Assembly (NCBI RefSeq): GCF_009834535.1
Contig: NC_045697.1
Span: 6,326,001 to 6,390,000, forward strand
Reading direction: 5' to 3'
DNA: 64,000 bases
From: Camelus ferus
Taxonomy: Eukaryota
Made by a program: the position numbers and the translations under genes. Below are positions 1-14,200 of the stretch, one piece after another. How positions within the stretch are numbered: the stretch's first letter is position 1; every line of letters starts with the position of its first letter. A model generated the notes under the pieces. That model searched no databases. It saw only the letters and a program-made list of their open reading frames with translations, and was not told where the DNA came from.

Positions 1-2229
1 GCCACCTTGTTTGTGGTTACCTCCTAAGGTATCCTTCCCCTGTGCAACTGAGATGGGACTGTATGTACAAGGGGCCTGAGAAGGCAAGGTGTTGCAGGGC
101 ACAGCCCGTGTGTCCTAGGTTTCCCTTTGAGCAGGACAGGTTCAGTGCTACTGAAGCAAGGTGTTCCCTCTCCAACCTCTTAGGAGAGGGGAAAAGCCCC
201 CATCACAGGAAGAATTTTACAGGGTCCCTAGATCCCATCCAGACTTACCCCTACCTCTGTCTTCTACAAAGCCTGCCTGTATACCTTGGCTGCCAAAAGT
301 TAACAATAATTAACTTCACTGTATTCGAAGCATGATTTCTCCTTAAAACTCGTTCTCTTCTAACACACACGCACACACACACACACAATAGATGAGAATG
401 GGTTGTTTCAGGATGTATAATTAGGTGTATTTCATATGGTATATTTTCCTTCCTGTGGTCTGGGTTGCCAGGTCTTTTCCCAAGGCTTGAACCCCTTGAG
501 ATCTCATATCTCTGGCACTTCGCACTGTTGTAAGATCATGTTCCAATGATGAATTCATGGGTCATGGACTCATATCTTACTGTGCTGGTACCTTCGAGTG
601 CAGCCCTCCTTAGTCTGTGGGCTCCTTTTGCATGGGCTTTGGTTACTCTTCCCAAAAATATAGTTGGGGGGAATGGATCATCTCACAACATGTGTCAGAT
701 CTCAGTCCTGTTGCAGGATGGTCCACTCGAGTTGCTGTAAATCTATTCGCTAAGCTGATGGGTGCTTGTAGACCATAAGGTATAGGGCGTACCTGCTGGA
801 AATGCATGTAGGAAGTGCAGATTGACTATAGGAAGGCTTCAGCTGGGCGCTCCTTAACTTTATGGCTTTTGACACCGCCAGCAATAAGACTGACCCAGAA
901 AAGCCGAGGGGACGGTGCTCATGATGGGTCCCTAGCAGAACTTTCTGCTTTGGCCAGCCAGGGACCAGTCTGGAAACGTGGAGGAGAATTCTGTGACTGT
1001 TCCAGTCACCACAGTGACGTTGAAGCTTGGGCTTCAGTGTATCTTGTGAGGTAACAACGTGAGTCTAGTGTATTTTCTGGGTTGGGATTTGTCCTAGGCT
1101 TGTCTTCCCAGACTTTTCCCTTCTCTGATTGTGTCTGGTGATACGTTTCAGGAAACATGTTTCTGAGTTCCTAGAGGATGGGTGCCACAGGAAAAATTTT
1201 CAGACCATGTCAGACAGACGTGCATTGCTGATGTGTGGTGACAAGGGTTCCACTTCTCTGGGCCGCCCTGCTGACCCATGAGCTACTGCGAGGCAGGGAC
1301 CTCACAGGCCAGCTCTGGGCAGGAGCGCTTTTGTCTCATCTTGGCTTCTCTGACAGAAGTTTGAGGAACACTTAGTGGATCTGAGAGTCTACGGTGATGA
1401 GCCAGTCTACTTGTCCAGACTACACCTGGATGTTTTTTTTCTTTTTCCCCTAGCCTGGACAGGGTTGCCCTGGGAGAGTGATTTGCATCAGGAAAATAAA
1501 TGTCTGGATTTGAAGTTGGGTCCCCATGTCTAATCTGACTTTCTCTTCCACCTGACAGTATAGACTTAATAGGATGTCTCAGCTGGCTGTATTCCTATCA
1601 GTGCTGTCAACTGTTTCCTAGAGATATTTTTGTCATTTATTTTTCTGACCTTAACTTCTTGTATCTCAAAAGTAAATGCTCAAGGATGGGGGCTGTGAAG
1701 TCTAGATTTACTCCGGCTATTTCATCTTGATTTTTACTGGTCACTGGTTCTTGGATTATATTGTTGGTGACTGGTTACCAGTGCACTGTCAGGAGGAAAA
1801 TTGAATTCTTCCTCAGCAAAGGCTGAAAGAAGTCTTCAAGTGAAAATTAACTGCCAGCCCTATATTGTTTTCTGAAATTTCTGTCAGAGGACAGGAGCCC
1901 CGTTCGTCTTTGCAAAGCTGGCAGGGGCACAGAGGCTGCATCTGTCTTCAGCAAGAAAAAAAGCAGGGGGCTCATTTCCAGTTCCTCAAGTCATTATGAA
2001 CCCACTTCCCTAAGAATGGTCTCCTGAAATGCTTATTATGAGTGACTGCTGCTCTTTCCTGACACAGATTTTTTTAATTACCTTGGCAAATACCCAGAAA
2101 AATGACTGCATCTTTTATTGATGAAAAATTGCTAATAAAAGCAGTTCAGAGGCATCTCTTCAACACACACGATTCTTTTAAAATTATATTTAACCCCAAA
2201 ACATTATTTCAACATATAATCAATGAGAC

Positions 2230-2560
2230 ATCTGAATAGTTTTACTACTTTCTTTCCAATCTGGATGTCTTTTGCTTCATTTTTCTTGCTTTATTGCACT
2301 GGCTAGAGACCCTGGAACTTCCTTGCTTTTTCCCCTCATCTGAAGAGGAAAGCATTCATACTCCTAAGTATAATGTGAACTCTGTGTTTTCCATTTGATG
2401 CCTTTTATCAGATTGGAGAAATTTCCTTTCCTTTTGAGCCTGACACTTTTAAAAATCAAGAATTGGTGTTGAATTTTGAATGCTTTTTCTGCACCTACTG
2501 AAATGATCATGAAGTTTTTCTTCTTTAGTACTATGATGAATTACGTTGATTTTTGAATCG
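2230..2560 (-). mobile_element. Old L1 ORF2 fragment
   Basis: Antisense L1-type sequence (tttccaatctggatgtctttt...ttattgcactggctag...gaattttgaatgctttttctgcacctactgaaatgatcat). Confidence 0.7.
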
Positions 2561-3374
2561 CAACACACAATTCTGATCATCACAATTGGGGAGGAGTTCA
2601 GTGTAGGGAATCTCTTCCTGTTAGATGATGACAGCACTGTCTTTATTCTTTTTCGAAATACTGAGCATCTGAGGACCGCATGCCTAGGAGGAATGCTTCT
2701 GTTGAAACAGTAAGATGATATCCTGGACCCACCTGTTGGATGTCAGGGTTTTAACCCTTTACATTTCCTGGGATGTGCCATCAGATGGAGGTCTCCTCTA
2801 GTGTTGAATATGACATATCATGTCTCTGGGTATTTCCCAAGCCACCAACTCAAAGCAGTATCTTTCAGGAGGTGAGAGTTTCCTCTCTTCCATTCATCAG
2901 ATAGTTGTAAAGAGACCCATTTCCACCTCAGCTGCTCCTACAAGGAGCAGTTTGCAGTGTGCTCAATCATATTATCCCTATTGTTTTGATTTAGCTGCCC
3001 TTCCTCACCTCTGTCAGCTTTTTAATTTTAGATCTTTTCCATTCTTTATAATGGAAGGGACCCTGGGGATGTTCCTCCTGTCTTAATAGGGGCCTTTACT
3101 GAATAGGTTCTGAGGAATTTTATGCCTTTAAGTGTTGGTGGTTTGCTGAAAGTTGTTGGGTGTTTCTAGAATTCTCCCTTGGCCATAGTTTTTTTTTCTT
3201 TCATTTTTTAGTTTTATTAGGTAAAATTGTTACAATTTGACTGCACATATACAATATATTGCATGTAAATACATATACACAATATACTGTCAATATTTTT
3301 TAAAAATTTACCTATATGTACTTTTCATTGTTTCTAAGAACATTTAGTGCTTTAGCTTTTTAAACTTATATAGT

Positions 3375-3930
3375 TATCAAAGGAATAAAGCCAACCACAA
3401 AATAAGAATTAATTTAAAAAGATACATACACCCCACTATCAACAGCAACATTCTTTATAATTGCCAAGATATGGAAGCTCTTAAGTGCACATCAACAGAT
3501 GAATGGATAAAGAAGATGCAGCATACACATGTAATGGAATACAGCTCACCCATAAGAAGGGTATTTTGCCACTTGCAGCCATTCATTCACTTTTTTTTTC
3601 TTTTAACTTCAAAAACCAGAACTTTATAACTAGCATAAACATCAAAAACAACAAAATACCCAGAAATAAACTTAACCAAGGAAGTCACATATACTCCAAA
3701 AACTGTAAAACATTGATGAAGGAAACTGAAGATGATACAAAGAAATGGAAGGTATCTTGTGCTCTGGGATTGGAAGAATCAACATTATCAAAATGGCCAC
3801 ACTACCCAAAGCAATCCACAGATCCAACCCAACTCCCATCAAAATACTCGCAACATTCCTCACAGAACTAGAACAATTCCAAAATTTGTAAGGAACCACA
3901 AAAGACCCCGAACAGCCAAAGCAATCTTTT
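3375..3930 (+). mobile_element. Two L1 ORF2/3' fragments in sense orientation
   Basis: L1 3'-region motif (tcaacagatgaatggataaagaagatg) followed by ORF2-like NKLNQG...[15 protein letters not shown]... Confidence 0.8.
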
Positions 3931-3959
3931 GTAGGTCTCCTTTTTTTTTTTTTTTTTTT

Positions 3960-5945
3960 CTTCTCTTTCCTCTTTTTGTTCTCTTTTCTTATGGTTTGAC
4001 TAGAGAATGTCTTTAACATGTTGTAAAGCTGGTTTGGTGGTGTTGAAATCTGTCAGCTTTTGTTTATCTGTGAAACTTTTGTTTTCTCCATCAAATCTGA
4101 ATGAGAGCCTTGCTTGATAGAGTATCCTTGGTTGTAAGGTTTCCCCTTTCTCACTTTAAATATATCATGCTACTCTCTTCTGGCCTCTAGAATTTCTGCT
4201 GAAAAATCAGCTGATAACCTTATAGGAGTTCCCTTTTATGTTACTTCTTGCTTTTCTCTTGCTAATTTTAATATTTTCTCCTTATCCTTAATTTTTTGTC
4301 AATTTGATCACTATGTGCCTCAGTGTGTTCCTCTTCGGGTTGATCCTGTGTGGTACTCTCTACGCTTCCTAAACTTGGGTGACTGTTTCCTTTCTCAGGT
4401 TGGAGAAGTTTTCAGTGATTCTCTCCAAAAATTTTCTCAGGTCCTTTCTCTCTCTCTTCTCTTTCTGGGACCCCCATAATATGGATATTAGTGTGCTTCA
4501 TGTTGTGCCAGAGCTCTCTTTAACTATCCTCATTTCTTTTCATTCTTTTCTTCTTTTTTCTGTTCTGCAGTAGTGATTTCCATAGAAGAATCTGTCTTCT
4601 AACTCACTGATCCATTCTTCTGCCTCATTTAGTCTATTCCTGGTTCCTTATAGCATGTTATTCATTATCTTCAACTTTGTTTGGATATTCTTTATATTTT
4701 CCAACTCTTTGCTAAAAACTTCACTCTGTGCATCTATACTCCTCTTTAGTTCTCTGAACATCTTTGGCATCAATTACTTTAAACTCTTTCCTAGATAAAT
4801 TGCATATCTCTTCATCACTTATTTCTTCTTCTGGGATTTTATCTTGTGCCTTGGCCTGGGAGATATTCCTCTGCTGCCTCATATTGTCTATCTTTCTATT
4901 TGTATTTTTAGGTAGATTAGTTATGTTTCTTGACCTTGGAGAGGTGGCCTTCTGTGGGACATGTCCTATGTGTCCCAACAGGACACTCTTCTCTTGTCAC
5001 CCAAGGGCCAGGGTCCAGCCAGTCCCAGTGTAGAGTCTGGCCTGTGTTTGTGGATTCCTTCCACAGGCTTTGGGATTGTTGTTTTCTTATTTCTGGTATC
5101 TGCCCCCCCAGTGGACAAGGTAGGACTAGAGGCTTATGCAGGTTTCCTGGCAGGAGGAGCCAGTGCTTGCCCACTGCTGAGTGAAGCTTCAAGTCCTGGA
5201 CCTCTGGTGGGTAGGGCTGTGTCTAGAGGCATTTGTGGCTTAGGAAATCTGCTGATGGGTGGGGCTGTGTTCCCACCCTGTATATTGTTTGGCCTGAGGC
5301 TTCCCAACAGGCTGTTGGGTGGGGCCAAGTCTTGGTGCTAATAATCTAGTCAAGATGTCAGCCTCCAGGAAAGCCTATGTAGATGGACACTCCTGGAATG
5401 TCTGCCACCAGCTTTTATGTCCCCTCGGTGAGCCACAGCTGTACTTTACGTCCCCAGGAGACCTTCCAAAACCAGCAGGCAGGTCTGGCCCAGGTTCCTG
5501 TGAAATCACTGCCTCTGCCCTTGGATTTGGTGCACATGAGATTCTGTGTACGCTTCCCAAGAGAATGAAATCTATTTCCCCCAGTCCTATGGGGCTTCTG
5601 GAGATAAGCCCCATTGGCCTTCAAAACCAGATGTCCTGGGATCTCCTCCTCCCAATGCTGGAACCCTGGGCTGGGGAGCCTGATGTGGGGCTTAGAATGC
5701 TCACTTCTGTGGGGGGGGGGCCCTCTGCGACTTAATTGTCCCTCAGCTTGTGGGTCGGCCACCTGGTGGGTATGGGGTCCAATTATATCGCAAGCACGCC
5801 CCTCCTACCATTTCACTGTGGTTCCCTCCTTATGTTTCCAGTTGAAGATCTTTCTTGCTAGGCTCCAGTCTTTTTTTCCATGGTTGTTTAGCAGTTGTGC
5901 TTTGGTTATAGCCAGGAGGAGAGACGAGCTCGTGGTCCTCGGCCG
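3960..5945 (-). mobile_element. L1 5' UTR plus ORF1 remnant
   Basis: Minus-strand peptide MRQQRNISQAKAQDKIPEEEISDEEICNLSRKEFK resembles the L1 ORF1p N-terminus. A GC-richer 5' UTR-like segment spans about 5000-5945. Confidence 0.85.
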
Positions 5946-7439
5946 TAGGTATTTTTGACACCCTCTCTCCTACCACACCATCTAACTTTCATGAAAATTT
6001 CATAGTTTAGGAGGAGAAAATTGGCTTTTGTGGAAGGAATTATTGGTAAAGAGATCTGCTTTCTTTTTCCCACAAGCACTACTCTTCCACTGAGGAGGAC
6101 TTGGGGCCTATAGCCCTTCCTCTAAATCTTAGACGATCATTGAAAGAATTCTGTAAAGATTGGACCTGTCTGGAAGATGGGATAATTGGTGTGTGGTTTT
6201 TTGCCAGTTTGTTGTTTGATTTTTGCTAAACTCTGTGCTGATCCAGGAGAAGTTCTTAGAGGTAGCTGCCCTGAGGAAGGGGCTGGGGAGGACCTTGCAT
6301 GCATGTAACTTACATGGGCACATGACTTCCTCATGAGTCAGCTTGAGTAAAGGTGATACACCTGTTTTATTTCTATTAGCTGTTATCATACAGCAATGCA
6401 CTGGCATTGAATATAAGCAAAAGAAATGACTGACCTTCAGGATTATGCCCTTGTAAAGCAAGCGACCTCCCCTCATCCTCCATTATCCTTGTTATTGACT
6501 GAGGCTAAGGTTGAACCCCTCTAGGGATGGCAGAGCTAAAGCAGAAGAGTGTCCCTCGAGCATTCTTGCTGGTGCATTTTCCATGAGCTGTCCACTGGAT
6601 TAGGATATCCTAGCAAAGAGCTGATTCGTGTACGTGAACCTGAGCTACATATGATAGGAGAAGATGGTCCTGGAGGTGGAGTAGGGTGCTTGTAACCTAC
6701 AGAGCAGAGAAACATACCATATTATGTGTATGTTGTTCCCTCCCAAGCACCCATCCTTTATCATGTACCCCCAAATATGTTTTTCAGACACCATTAGCCC
6801 GCTGGAATTGAAGGCATCAGAGCTGTTAGAAAGAGAAAGAGTCATATCCAGGGGAGAGATTTCATCTCGCCTATACAGGGAATGGAGGCTGTGTTGCCTT
6901 GTTTGCTAGAAAAAGTTGTATTTGAACAATTTCCAACTTTTTCTTTCAAAATAGCATAATCTGTCCTGATATTCCACCTTCTCCAGCTCCTGTTATTTCA
7001 AAGGAAGCCATGCTGTCTTCCCATTTGCTACTCCCATGATTGCCTCAAAAGGGAGACTGAGGGGTTTTTTCCACCACTTTCCTTATGTGCAAAGCTTGGC
7101 AAAGCCTAAATCCAGAGCATGGCCTGACTAGACCCTGCACTGATATTCAAAGGGGAATCCTTTCAAAAATATGTTTCTTTGACTTCTGTCCAGAAGTCTG
7201 TGAGTGGGGAAGGAGGTAGGTGGTGATGCCCAACACCTGAGCCCTTGATGGATAGAACCTTGCCCTTTTACTTTTGTCTAGCCAATATTGTTGTTCCTAC
7301 ATCTTAAAAAAGGGAAACTTCCTTCCCTGCATACTTGTGACGTCCAGGTGAGCTGCCTTACTTTACAGCTTCCCTGGAAGAGTTGAGTATGAGTGCACCA
7401 ACTTATACACAGACAATTCTCAGTGAGTGTTAACAATGA

Positions 7440-7850
7440 GCAGTACTTTTGTGGGTCTGGGTCAATTAGATCTTCTCTCCCAGACACTCATACCCATGGC
7501 TCTGAGTCACAGGCTTTCAGCCTTCCTTGCCACGTGCTCCCTTTGTTCTGGGTGGCAAAGTCACAGGAAATTCCAGGACTCACGGGGCAAATGTTTGCAG
7601 CAGTTCTGTATAATGGGGCCACCACCTTCGCCACTGATATAATCTGGTTGGCACTTCTGCTGACAGCCGTTGCTGAATTCTGCGCTACTGTTTTCTGCAT
7701 TTGATGTAGCAGTTCTTGAACTGCTTGCTCATCAAGGTTGAGTTGAGGTAGTTTCTTCAGGTAACCTAGTCTGAGTGTGTGGGCTTGCTGAGAACATCCT
7801 TCGATGCTCTTCAGCTATAAAGAATGTGCAGCCCAGAGGGACACACTTTG
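7440..7850 (-). pseudogene. LEUTX: Decayed processed pseudogene of the PRD-class homeobox gene LEUTX
   Basis: Joining minus-strand frames gives DVLSKPTHSD*VT/LKKLPQLNLDEQA/FKNCYIKCRKQ*RRIQQRLS/ANQIISVAKVVAPLYRTAANICPVSPGIS. This parallels recalled LEUTX ELLEKTMHPSLATMGKLASKLQLDLSVVKIWFKNQRAKWKRQQRQQMQTRPSLGPANQTTSVKKEETPSAITTANIRPVSPGIS. There is no intron at the helix-3 junction, and stops and frameshifts are present. Confidence 0.8.
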
Positions 7851-8064
7851 TTGACAGGATTGCTTTGCAAGTACAATAGTTCAACCAACTGGCTCACTTC
7901 TAAGTTTCTGTCTGCTTCAATTTGCTGTTTCATATGGACTTTTGAATTTAGCATCTTCTTATAGCCCGCATCTTGCCTTACTTTTTTCCCCTTAGGTTGC
8001 AGAAAGTGTGGTTTTAACCATCACTGGCTAAGTAAAGATGATCTTAGAGGGAACACTTGCTGTT

Positions 8065-8210
8065 CACATGCAAAATTCTAAGATGGCCCCAGGATCTCTG
8101 CCACTGACGTGATGACCACCATTAGTATGGCAAGGGCGAGCTTTTCAGATGTGTTTAGGGTCCTGAATCAGTGACTTCACCTGAATAAGATCACCCTGGT
8201 TGGGTCAGAC
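8065..8210 (+). mobile_element. MaLR (MLT1-type) LTR fragment
   Basis: gcaaaattctaagatggccccagg...atggcaagg...ttttcagatg resembles the MLT1 5' end. Confidence 0.55.
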
Positions 8211-11200
8211 TATGCTGACATTAGTCACTCGTATAGCAAGAGATTAGCACTAGAGATAAACCATACATTTTCCTTTCCACTTTGATGTAGCTGTGTACTA
8301 TTATTGATACGACCTTGGATTGTTACCTGTTCATGAATACCCGCTCCCCTAAAGTAGGACATGGAGAATTTTATGTATGTAGTGTAGATTGGTGACTATG
8401 AAGAACTGACTTTCCAGGATTCTTCCCTGAAAGATAGTTTATGATGGTCACCATCCATCTGTACCTGCAAATTTGAAAAGAAATGCTGGTAAAGAGAGCA
8501 AATTGTATCTTTGAAGACAATATCCGTGAAGAGACCTAGTTCCTATTTTACTGCTGCACAGAAATCCCCACCAAGTTCAGAGGAGGGGTATATTCCTTAC
8601 CTGAAATCCTAGCAGACTAGCTTAGAGGGACATGTTTAAATAAATAGGCATGTCTGCATGGAAGGTACAGAGGGCTGTTTTATTCTCCAGTGGGTTTCTC
8701 CTTGGGCCTCCTTTTCCCCAAGCTTCCCTGTGCTGCCCTACCTAGAAGGTGATGAGTAGAAATCAGGCTCACCTACAGAGGGAGCCACGGTAAAGGAAGA
8801 CTAGTCTCTTAACTGATGGGGTCATGGAGGTTGCTCAAGAGTCAGCTTGTGCATCATTGATGTCCCTGTTGGTTGGGGTCAGGTAAATAAGGAATCATCA
8901 TGAGGTGTGCGTTAAGTGCTGTCTTAGCTTCAAGATCCTTCCCTTTAAAAGGAGATGGTCTCTTCTTAAACTTCCCATGTCTTTTTGTTGACTAAGCCAG
9001 GTGTGACCTCCCTAGGAATGACAGTGCAGAAGCAGAGGAGTGTACCTCACTGCTGTGCTGTGTTGAAAAAAGGTTTAGAAATGTGCTGTGGATCCCTGCA
9101 GGCTCTGGAGAAATGCCTACCTGTTTCAGGAAAATGTCAGTACTCCTGGGTCTTCCTTTCAGTAGGAAAGGCATAGATCAGTCCAACAGCAGCAAAGCTT
9201 ATCCGATTCCATAGCTGAAGCCTCTGAGATACAGCCATTGATAATGCCTTTTCCCCCCTGAGAAAGAGGTTCCTTACACCTCTAATTCCATCCCTTATCC
9301 TCATCTGTGCTTTCTGCCGGGATCAAGTATCTTAGCATTCTGATTAATGGAGATTAATTTGCTGTTGGTGGATTCTATGAGTGGTTTTGCTTTGTCTTTC
9401 CAAATACTATTTTTGATCCAGGAATATAACACTATGTTATTATCTGTGGTCAAATCAGATATAGAATATTACTCTTCAAAGTGATCCCAGAAAGCCCAGT
9501 GAAAGGAGGGGTGAATCAGAAGTGAGGGGAGGGAATGGACATCGAAAGGGGCAGTATCAGCTGGATACCTGTAATGGACTAGGGTTTAATCCCCCAGAGA
9601 ACGCTTTGAAGATCTGTGTACAATGCCTAAGAATTGTCACTGCTAGGGACAAGAGTCTAGTTATTTAACCACCAACTCTGCCAAGTTCTTTGTGTTCACC
9701 TTACTAGCCTGGGTTGTCTCCTGTGCGTCTGAGATGTTGCTCTGTATGGATAAAAGTGGATTGAAAAAGTGAGGTTGAGGCAGGGGGCAGACCAGTCTTT
9801 CCAAAAGAATGTCTAACCTCCTGGATTTCCTTTTTAGCAAAAGAAGGACAGGTTCAGTGCCTATGAAAACAGGGAGCTCCCTATCTTCCTGTGATGAAGA
9901 CTTTACCTCTCGTAGGGAAATCCTTTACACACACCCTAGACCCCATTCACCTCCTATGTCCACCTCTTCTGTCTCCAAGATTTGCTGCTTATATGACACA
10001 CCTTAGACTGCCAAAAATTAACAATGAACTCTCATTGTGTTCAAAGAATGATTTGTCTCTTTCAAACTCATTCGGCTACAATACATGAAAATGTATTGTT
10101 TAAGACTGACAAATTACATCTACCTGTATGTTAGATCTCCCTTAAATGTCATGAATTACTCTAAGACAAACATTGTAGAAGAAAGGGCTTCCCGTCATCT
10201 CATGTTGAGCTCCAAACCTGTTTACCTGAATTTCTTGATACAGGTGGGTCATCTTAATGGAAACAACCCTGACTTCTCCTGTTGGGGTGAGTTGGTTGAA
10301 GGCTAAAGACTTGACCAATTAGGAAACTCCTGACCTGATGCTTTCCTGTGATGCAGAAACAAGGTCTTAGAGGTTCCTGGTCTTCAGACATGTCACAGAG
10401 CAGATGCTTCCCTTTGTCGGGGGCACGGACACTTCTCATCTTTCATCATGGGGTGTTTTCCCCTTGTATTGCCTTCTGTAAAAATGGACAGTTCCAGCTG
10501 AAATTGTTCTATCTGTAAGCCCAGTCCTGTGGTTCTTCATTAGATTTAGAAGAGACACAGAGCTATTCTTCAGGGTTTCTTGATCCTCTGTGAGATCCTC
10601 CGGGCTCCAAGATTGACTCTATAGAAATTTAACCTTGGATATTTCAGGTCTCCTTATTTTTAGAAAAGCCACTGTTTAAGTGGGATTTACTTTGATGGTC
10701 AGTCCTGACTTCTTAATAGAAACAGGATTAAAAAACTTGCACTCTGGGGGCCCTTGAGGGGATGTTCACGTGACATGAAAATGTCCTGTCCCTTTGTCTT
10801 TTATGCGATAGCCTTGCCTTTCCTGATGCCTTGCCAAGAGTTCCTTCAACTGATCCTCAGCTCTGTTCCTTCTATTAGTAATCCTGTATATTGTTACATA
10901 GCACTATATTTATGTTTAATGTTTCATCTATATTTTGTCTATATTCTTGCTTTGTTGGGCTAATATCCCTCCCAGTATCTCTGAGTACACTGACTTCATA
11001 TCTGAATTTCTTGATCTGCTAATCACGGGTTCAATTTTTTAAGAAAATGGTGCCCTTAAGGTGACTTCCTTGGACCTGTGAATTCTTGTGGTGACTCTTC
11101 TGCATGAGCATATATATAAGAGGAGAGGCTCTGTTTAAAATGTCAGTTTTTTAATTGAGCTGCTGTCCACCTGTGTTGAACACCTTTTGTACTGTACCTA

Positions 11201-14200
11201 GTTGTTCTTCAGACCTGGGCTGTCTTGGGTGCTGCTCCTTGAAAGTTTCCTAGGGGAAGCAAAGACATAAATGCTAGGAACTTGGAGCTGGACACTAACA
11301 TTTTTCTGAAAGCCTTTGGCACCGATGGTAATATGAATGTCCCAGACAGTGCTCATCGTGGACAACACTGTACTTCCTTTTGTGTGCAGCTAAGGCTTGT
11401 CTGGGAGACATGGGCAGAATTCTGAAACCATCACAAGCCCACAGTGTCACACAGATGGGAACAACTGACCTTTATCCCAGAGCTCTGAGCCAGAGACACA
11501 TTTTCTGGGTGGGAGAAGCAACTGTTGGCCATATGTCTGGGCATTAGCCACTTTCTGGTTTATTCTTGGTGATGATTTTCTGGGGAAAATGGCTCAGGGG
11601 TCCTGAGGAATGGCTATGATGAGAAAATGAATGCTCATGAAGAACATACTGTCTACCAGTAGGTGGGTGAAGGATGTGCCTCTCCTGGCAGCTCTACTGA
11701 CCACAAGCCTGTGCGAATCAGGGACACCGTTAGTCTCTGAAGCACAGAGAATCATGCATCTTAGTTCCTCTGGCAGTAAATCTGGTGAGAATTAAGCCAT
11801 TGGACTGAGAGTATATATGGATGTCAGGGATGAATCTACTGTGAGTCTGGAGCACCCTGTGTTCTGATGCCCCTTGCATAAAGTACCAGACCAATTCAGC
11901 CCAGATGATTGTGCTAAGGTGGAATTCCAGTTGCCAATGATGTCATGGGAATAGATTTCTGAGCTGCTTGTTGCTTCCTGGTGTGTATTTGGAATTCTTC
12001 CTCATGCCTTAGAGAGCAGAGTTATAAGCCTATTTGAGTCTTCAGAGGTGGGCTGTGTGACCTAGTCTTGGCATGTTACAGCTCCATTCAGTGGGCTCCT
12101 CGCTGGTTCCCCGTAAAGTGCTTCGGTTTTCTGTTTGTATATGATCGATGCTGGCAGCTTGTGATTTGATACAGATGGGGCAGGTTCAGACGCCCTCCAC
12201 GCTAGCTGTGTCTGCTCTTCCCGTGTTTCTTGACCCTCCTGCCAGTGACTAGTCGCTTTATCGTGTCACTCTCAGGATGGAAAGAGGCAAGTCCGTCTTC
12301 CTTTATGTAGGGTGAAGAAAGCCTTAGACAAAACGAACTGGCAGGTGGCACTACACACATCTGATCTCAAAAGCCTCGGCCATTGGAAGATAAGAGCTCC
12401 TGTGTCTCTGTACAAAGTTGAGATGACCACGAAAGGCAATGGGGCCTTCCACAGGAAGATGAGGGAGCAGGAAGCCCTTTTCCAGTTCCTATCTTCACTA
12501 GCCCACATCCCTAGGAAGGTCTCCTGAAAATGTATCCTTGGGTATCTGACTCTCTTTTCTTAACAAAGATGGTCTGTCAATTCCAGTGGCAAATACCCAG
12601 AGTTAGAAAAACTTAACAGATTGTATGACACTTAAAGATGGCAAATATATGACAAGAACCTGTGTGGGGAGTTCTCCCCAAAACACAGCCCCTGTCTTCA
12701 TAGAAATGTTTTATGTGGAACCTATTCCATATTAACTCTCGATAATTTTTTTATAGAGCAAAAGCATATAACACCCTTGTCTAAAACCTTTGTCAGCCTC
12801 TTCTACTCCAGTGTTTCCAGAGCCGCTGATGGTTCGCAGAATTCGGTGGAGCTGCCCTCATGTCTGTGACTATCACCGCACGAGGAACACTCGATAGGAA
12901 CTCAACCACTCACAGAATGACAAGTTAGCCCGAGTGATGAATTCTATGTTTACCTCATGTTGATGGAGCTGTGTTCTCGCCTGTACTCATCCTGTCAATC
13001 TGACTTGAATGTAGTCCTTTTTCCAAGAAGTATCCTGTGGAGAGTGTCTAGCGTCTGTTACTACACTGCAGTGAAGTGGGTGCCAAAGTTTTATGTTTCA
13101 TTTCTGTACGAACACTTTACTATGTCAGTTATAGCATTTCTAATGGTAGACAATTCATTATAGTCCTATCATTTAGGGGAAACGTAAGCTGAAGTCGTTC
13201 CTAGTATGTTTTAGTTTGCCGAACGATCCTCTTTTTAGATGTAAGCTTCTCAGAGAGACGCTTCTACTCTCTTGAACGTGATCAATTTGTGGTCCTTTGT
13301 GAGGGCAGAGTGTCTCTCCTCAGACATTTATCTTTACTTGCGCCCATCAGTGCTAATGAAGCCCGGGAAGGGAGGCACTGCCGTGTCTTTTGAAACCCCA
13401 AGGTTGACTCGGAAGACAAAGGGAGGTGGGTTTGAGAGTTTCGTCCTCCTGCCTTTACTGCAGAGTTTGACCCCAGGTCACGGTGGTTTAGTTTTCCTCC
13501 CATAGGTGTCTATAAAAGTTTTATGTGATCTTCATCCTTCCAATCTCCCCTCATCCCAGCCTAGGATGCCCTTAAATTGTCTGCCTGAGTCTTTTGTTGA
13601 GAATTGGGGTCCTTCTCTTCCCAGATTTCTGAGATTAGCCAGTTGAGGTTTTTCACCTTCTGGATGCTAAGGAAGAGGTTTTATCTTCAATTTATCACCA
13701 CACATCATGGAATGTTGATTATATGGACAGTGATTATTGGGAATCTGGGCCACTGTAGTCTTGCCCCCAGGGATCTGGCACATACGGACCCTTAGACACC
13801 TGGTCTGTCGCACTACCATGGAATCCTTCCAATGTTGTGTTCTTGGTACTAAGTTCAGTATCTTAAAGGAGTGGAACCCTCAGGGTCTCTCTGATCTGTG
13901 GGTTCCTATTTCCATTGGTTGTGGTTACTTGCCTGAGAATGCAGGTCCTTTTGAACCACATGTCAATGACCATAAAGGATACCCAGAACCCAAAATCCCA
14001 AAAGTCTGTACTTCCCCACCCTGTGCTGTGGGGACCCCTGGGTTGACAGTTTGTGTTCATCTCCATCACTTAGTTGTCAAAAGATAGTAGCAAGGAACAG
14101 GGACAATTATACTGATGGTAGAAACTTTAAAAGTTAAGTGTTCTCAACAACTGAGCTCATGGCTTTCTTCTGTTTGCTCAGAGCCGTGGGGTCAGACTCA

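Noticed and set aside
12932..13005. TGATGA...CTGA spacing resembling a C/D box snoRNA
   Set aside because: Weak terminal stem, no recognisable guide or host gene, and not evident in the paralogous block.
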